The notes under the pieces are model-generated. The model worked only from the letters and a program-made list of their open reading frames with translations. It did no database searches and was not told the origin of the DNA. A stretch of 64,000 nt of DNA, taken from positions 27,510 through 91,509 of the forward strand of contig JAHHIG010000010.1 of the NCBI GenBank assembly GCA_019358895.1, given 5' to 3'. Position 1 is the first letter of the stretch, and each line of letters opens with the position of its first letter. Positions 59,251 through 64,000 of this stretch are shown piece after piece. Source of the stretch: Tildeniella nuda ZEHNDER 1965/U140. Its GTDB lineage: Bacteria > Cyanobacteriota > Cyanobacteriia > Leptolyngbyales > Leptolyngbyaceae. Position numbers and translations under genes: made by a program.

Positions 59251-60243
59251 ATGTCTAAGGGTCTTGTCAGTCGTCGTCGCACCGCTCCCTGGATGCATCG
59301 CTGGTCGCGCCCACTGATTGGCGGCGTTGCGATTCTGGGCGCACTCAATACTGCCTATCTCACCATCACCAGGTTCACCAATACCGAAACAGCTTGCCCT
59401 ACAGGCGGCTGTGAGCAGGTGCTTTCTAGTCCTTACGCCACCGTCTTTGGATTGCCTTTAGCGCTGTTTGGGTTAGTGGCATACATCAGCATGGCGATCT
59501 TTGCGTTCGCACCCCTGGCGATTCAGGGCGATCAGCAAAAAGAACTGCGATCGAAACTGGAAAACTGGACCTGGTTACTGTTGTTTGCCGGATCAACCGC
59601 CATGCTAATCTTTAGCGGCTATTTGATCAGCATCATGGTCACCAAGTTTGTGATGCCTTTCGGCGTAAAAGCTATCTGTTATTACTGCATTGCCTCAGCG
59701 GTTTTTGCGCTCAGCCTTTTTATCCTCACTCTTTTAGGTCGCGCCTGGGATGATGTTGGACAACTTTTTTTCACAGGCATCATCGTTGGCATGGTGACGC
59801 TTGTAGGGACGTTGGCGATTTTTGCGCCTGTAGGCAAACCTGTTGCGGATGCTTACAATATTGCGTCTAGCAGCGGACAAGTGTTTTTTACCATCAAAGA
59901 CACGTCTGGCGAGTCAGAAAGGCAGCTTGCCCGTCATCTCAAACAAACTGGCGCAAAAATGTACAGCGCCTACTGGTGCCCGCATTGTTACCAACAAAAA
60001 AAGCTGTTTGGGGTTGAAGCGCTCAATGATTTACCCGCTGTTGAATGCGCCTCGGATGGCAAAAACAATCAAACGGCTGTTTGTCAAGAAGTCGCTGCCA
60101 GAGCCGAGAAGCAACTGGGGCAGGGGTTTGGGTTTCCTACCTGGGAGATTAATGGCAAGTTTTATTCTGGTCAGGCAGCATTGCAAGAATTAGCCGATCG
60201 CTCTGGCTACACGGGACCGCGTAGTTTTAAGAATACTCTTTAG
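59251..60243 (+). CDS. VKOR-family disulfide-bond protein fused to a thioredoxin-like domain
   Basis: CPTGGCEQVLSS, ICYYC (CxxC), then AYWCPHC...GFPTWEING. Confidence 0.93.
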   Translation: MSKGLVSRRRTAPWMHRWSRPLIGGVAILGALNTAYLTITRFTNTETACPTGGCEQVLSSPYATVFGLPLALFGLVAYISMAIFAFAPLAIQGDQQKELRSKLENWTWLLLFAGSTAMLIFSGYLISIMVTKFVMPFGVKAICYYCIASAVFALSLFILTLLGRAWDDVGQLFFTGIIVGMVTLVGTLAIFAPVGKPVADAYNIASSSGQVFFTIKDTSGESERQLARHLKQTGAKMYSAYWCPHCYQQKKLFGVEALNDLPAVECASDGKNNQTAVCQEVAARAEKQLGQGFGFPTWEINGKFYSGQAALQELADRSGYTGPRSFKNTL

Positions 60244-60366
60244 TGTAGGACTCGCGCCAACGCCTTCTCTACGTGAGCTTCATGGCGGAACGGAGCAAAA
60301 CCCTGGTACTGACAGCAACCGATCGCCGTAGACTGAGTTACGGTCGTTAGCCAGGTTCAGGAGTTT

Positions 60367-61773
60367 ATGCTTTCCCTTTTTGCCAGTGTGTTGCTTGCTC
60401 AGACTGTACCGATGCCTCCCATCTTGCCGCAAGAAATCGTCATTCCCCAACAGACGCGACCCTTACCCGGTGGGCTGGATCAGGTGCCCGTATTCAATAG
60501 CAACAACCCAGAAATCGTGAAGACGGAGGGCATTTTGCTCTCAACGTTTCCACCGCAGGGCAAGCGGGTGCCGGGTGCCCATCTCGATTTTCCGTTTCGG
60601 GGGCGGTTTGATCTGTTCTCGCACCACATTGCACGGGCGATCGAAACGCCCAACGATTTACGATCGCTCTATCTGGGCGTGATTGTTTACAATCCAGGCA
60701 ACGAACCCGTCACGGTGGATGTGCTGCAAGCTGCAAGCTATCTCAGCCAGCCGGATGCTCCATTTATTGCGTTGCCACCACAGCTTGAGAATGCCTTGGG
60801 TACGGTTTACGCAGGACCGGGCGATCGCGCGATGAATGACGTTCTGCGAGGGCGACGGCAAGATGGCTGGAGCGATCGCTTGATCATTCCAGCCAAGCAA
60901 AGCCGGATGTTGATGAATCTGCCGATTCCCGTGCGTACCTTGACCCCACCGTTGAATGGGCGATCGACGTTAGTACGGCTCCACAGCAATGGTGCCGTCT
61001 ACATGGCAAATCTGGCAATGTTTGCCAAGCAAAATCCAGACGGTAGCGAACGGGCACCCACCCTGGAAGAATGGGAGGCACTGCTAGAGGCAGGCGACTT
61101 TGCTGGACCGCGTGAAACCGCTCCTAGCCCACCCGATCGCCTGACAGGAGCAGAAATCTATGGTCGGGTTGCAGCAGTCGCGCAAGGTTCCCAGTGGCGG
61201 ACTCAAGTAACTGACCCAGATAGTCGTCTGTTAGCCATTCCACAGCGCGGACAGTCTTATTCCTACGGCTTGAGCACACTTCTGGCTGGCAAGATGGGCA
61301 CGGGACAAAACCAGAGCGCCACCCTGCTCACTCGCTATCCAGGCACAGCTTATCAGGCGCACGGCAACTATGGCATTGAATACAGCCTCACCATGCCCTT
61401 AGTCAACAATACGGAGGCACCCCAAACAGTACAGGTGCTGATGCAAACACCGCTAAAAGAAGACACGTTAAGCAAACCAGGTCTGCGGTTCCGGCAACCA
61501 CCCTATCCAAATGTGTTCTTCCGAGGCACGGTTCGCATCCGCTATAACGACGATCGCGGTCTTCCTCGTACCCAGTACTGGCATCTGGTACAGCGTCGGG
61601 GGCAAGTGGGAGAAGCGCTGGCAACATTTATGATGCCTCCGGGCGATCGGCGTTTAGTGCAAGTCGACTTCCTGTATCCACCAGATGCCACGCCACCTCA
61701 GATGCTCACCATCCAAACGTTGAGCACACCACAGTTGCAGCAGTCATCAGGGGACAATCGCTTGTCTCCATAA
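60367..61773 (+). CDS. DUF3370 family protein
   Basis: PLPGGLDQVPVFNSNNPE, GILLSTFP, HGNYGIEY, YPPDATPPQ. Confidence 0.85.
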   Translation: MLSLFASVLLAQTVPMPPILPQEIVIPQQTRPLPGGLDQVPVFNSNNPEIVKTEGILLSTFPPQGKRVPGAHLDFPFRGRFDLFSHHIARAIETPNDLRSLYLGVIVYNPGNEPVTVDVLQAASYLSQPDAPFIALPPQLENALGTVYAGPGDRAMNDVLRGRRQDGWSDRLIIPAKQSRMLMNLPIPVRTLTPPLNGRSTLVRLHSNGAVYMANLAMFAKQNPDGSERAPTLEEWEALLEAGDFAGPRETAPSPPDRLTGAEIYGRVAAVAQGSQWRTQVTDPDSRLLAIPQRGQSYSYGLSTLLAGKMGTGQNQSATLLTRYPGTAYQAHGNYGIEYSLTMPLVNNTEAPQTVQVLMQTPLKEDTLSKPGLRFRQPPYPNVFFRGTVRIRYNDDRGLPRTQYWHLVQRRGQVGEALATFMMPPGDRRLVQVDFLYPPDATPPQMLTIQTLSTPQLQQSSGDNRLSP

Positions 61774-61973
61774 ACCTGCTTGTATCAAGACAGACAGCTT
61801 TGAGGTATGTTGCAGCTCTATGCCTTTAGCTACTGAAGACAAAGGACGCTAGCAAAGAACAGGCGATCGAGAAAAGCGTGCAAGCGATTAAGCTCAAAGC
61901 GATTGCTTGTATTCGTGCAACTTTTTAGGGCAGCTAGAGACTTATGAGCTGGTTGACTGACAAATCTACTTTT

Positions 61974-62071
61974 GTAGGTTGGGTTGTAGCTTGCTTCTGC
62001 GTAGCAGCACAACGTGAGACCCAACACTAGCTTAGGTTCTGTTGGGTTACGCTATCGCTAACCCAACCTAC
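61974..62071. repeat. REP-like doublet with GTAGGTTGGGTT...AACCCAACCTAC ends
   Basis: 12-bp perfect terminal inverted repeat and internal hairpins. Confidence 0.7.
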
Positions 62072-62174
62072 GCAAGCATCGGGGTTTCGAGAGTTTTGTC
62101 AGTCAATCAGGACTTATGAGTCTAAAACAAGCTCTAGACTGCCGTTAACCTCACTTGCGCCTTAGAGCAAACAG

Positions 62175-62534
<360 letters not shown>

Positions 62535-62589
62535 CTACCAGTAAATTGTCTAGCAAAACACTTTCTATCACCGTCAAAAGCGTCTGTTT

Positions 62590-62605
62590 TGTAGATAAAG
62601 ATACA
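62590..62605. promoter_or_regulatory. NtcA-binding site upstream of glnB
   Basis: TGTA-GATAAAGA-TACA matches GTA-N8-TAC. Confidence 0.75.
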
Positions 62606-62693
62606 ATTTATCGTGATGCATGGCTATCTTTCGGTAGAAACTCGCGTGTCACTCTACTAAAAGTTTGATCTCCCCACCAGTGTCCTTTACATT

Positions 62694-63368
62694 TCAGCGT
62701 GAGGGTAGCAACGGACGAACAATGAAAAATCCCGTACCAAAGGCAGAGATGACGATGAAGCAAATCACGATCGCCAGCCACCAACCACCCATTTCTGCAC
62801 TCCGCTCTTTCGATGCGGACTGCCGCAGTTTACCTTCTTGCTCTGTGAAGAGTGGTTTTTGGGCAGGTGGTTCGGGTTTTTCTACAACACCCGCAGCAGT
62901 CATCGGCATAGCAGCAGGTGGTTGAAAGTGAAGTTCCAAGCCCTGTAAGGCTGTAGGCACTGTAGGCAACTGGTTTACAAGCAACTGGTTAGCAGGTAAA
63001 TGGGCATCAGCAGTTTGGCGAAGCTGTAGAGCCGACTGCACAACCCGCTCAATTTCTACCCGTAACTGCTGGTTTTGCTGCGTCAACTGCTGATTTTGCT
63101 GCGCGAGCGACTCCATTTTTGTCTGAGTCGCCTTTAGCTCAGTCGCCACTTCCCGATACAGTGAGATGGGCACTGACGGCGCGTGAGGGTTGGCTGAAAT
63201 TTTTTGAACATTGGAGCCTTGAGCCTTTCGTGGAGACTGCTTGGCGTTTATTCTAGATGTCATAGGTTTACGTCTGAACGCTAGAGTCGATAAACTACGC
63301 TCACAATAGCCGCAATTAGAGCGATCGCCGCAAAATTTGTCAAGAAATTCTCTAAAATCCGCAAACAA
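62694..63368 (-). CDS. Hypothetical coiled-coil protein with C-terminal TM anchor (true start probably downstream)
   Basis: SVPISLYREVATEL...QQNQQL; C-terminal WWLAIVICFIVISAFGTGFFIVRP. Confidence 0.75.
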   Translation of the reverse strand: MFADFREFLDKFCGDRSNCGYCERSLSTLAFRRKPMTSRINAKQSPRKAQGSNVQKISANPHAPSVPISLYREVATELKATQTKMESLAQQNQQLTQQNQQLRVEIERVVQSALQLRQTADAHLPANQLLVNQLPTVPTALQGLELHFQPPAAMPMTAAGVVEKPEPPAQKPLFTEQEGKLRQSASKERSAEMGGWWLAIVICFIVISAFGTGFFIVRPLLPSR

Positions 63369-63382
63369 TTTTACGCATCACC

Positions 63383-63820
63383 ATGAGCCACCCCGAAACG
63401 CAACAATTCTCAACTGCTGAATTTGAGACTCAGGATCAGACTGCTGAACCCAAGTATGGTGAGCGACACATTGCTCAGGGTGAACTCATTACCTTTCCGA
63501 ATCCCAGAGTGGGGCGACGATATGATATTCACATCACGCTGCCGGAGTTTACCTGCAAGTGCCCGTTTTCCGGCTACCCCGATTTTGCCACGATCTATCT
63601 ATCCTATGTGCCGAATCAACGGGTCGTGGAACTGAAGGCAATCAAGCTGTATATCAATAGCTACCGCGATCGCTACATCTCCCACGAAGAATCCGTCAAC
63701 CAAATTCTGGATGACTTCGTTGCCGCCTGCGATCCCCTGGAGGTAAAAATCAAAGGCGATTTCTTACCGCGTGGCAACGTGCATACCGTGATTGAGGTCG
63801 CGCATAAGAAAGAAACATAG
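63383..63820 (+). CDS. queF: NADPH-dependent 7-cyano-7-deazaguanine reductase
   Basis: PEFTCKCPFSGYPDFA, VELKAIKLY, ISHEE, PRGN. Confidence 0.96.
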   Translation: MSHPETQQFSTAEFETQDQTAEPKYGERHIAQGELITFPNPRVGRRYDIHITLPEFTCKCPFSGYPDFATIYLSYVPNQRVVELKAIKLYINSYRDRYISHEESVNQILDDFVAACDPLEVKIKGDFLPRGNVHTVIEVAHKKET

Positions 63821-63830
63821 TAGATAACTT

Positions 63831-64000
63831 ATGGCAAAAATCGGAGACGACGTTGATCCACAGGAATTGCAGTCTTTTACTCAAAAGGCATCCCACTTTG
63901 AATCATTGGCTTCGCAGCCTTTAATTGGTTGGATGTTAGACGTAACGAAATACTTTGTCCTACTGCTGGCAACTCTGGTTGCTGTAGCTTCTACTGTTAT
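63831..64000 (+). CDS. Hypothetical membrane protein, 3'-truncated by the window edge
   Basis: ATG 10 bp after queF; open to the end of the window; MAKIGDDVDPQELQ...YFVLLLATLVAVAS. Confidence 0.55.
   Translation, partial: MAKIGDDVDPQELQSFTQKASHFESLASQPLIGWMLDVTKYFVLLLATLVAVASTV

Overview
Chromosomal window of a cyanobacterium, judged from dense HIP1 GCGATCGC octamers, heptamer STRR arrays and cyanobacterial genes such as sufR, cyAbrB, ftrC, VKOR-Trx and DUF4327; a filamentous strain is likely. It is mostly housekeeping: phoX (partial), a PilB/GspE ATPase, the SufR-controlled ftrC-sufBCDS operon, a ClC channel, sbp, pdxA, codA, 2-Cys peroxiredoxin, a cobalamin cluster (cobK, cobL, riboswitch-cobG-H-I-J), glnB with an NtcA site, and queF. 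The accessory layer holds the interesting material. (1) A Type II restriction-modification pair is inserted in the B12-riboswitch-led cob operon, its start codon overlapping the cobG stop. (2) An aspartic protease plus two PD-(D/E)XK nuclease genes sit between sufB and sufC. (3) A frameshifted gene encodes an N-terminal dsRBD and a C-terminal Mini-III-like RNase domain, the reverse of the RNase III domain order. (4) There are at least three MITE-like families, one with intact 8-9 bp target-site duplications. (5) A Pvc15/Afp15-like AAA protein has a degenerate Walker B, and a P-loop NTPase stands alone. (6) Heptamer repeats are translated in frame inside proteins. I found no tRNA, rRNA, CRISPR array or transposase. 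All family assignments come from motif recognition by eye, not database searches.
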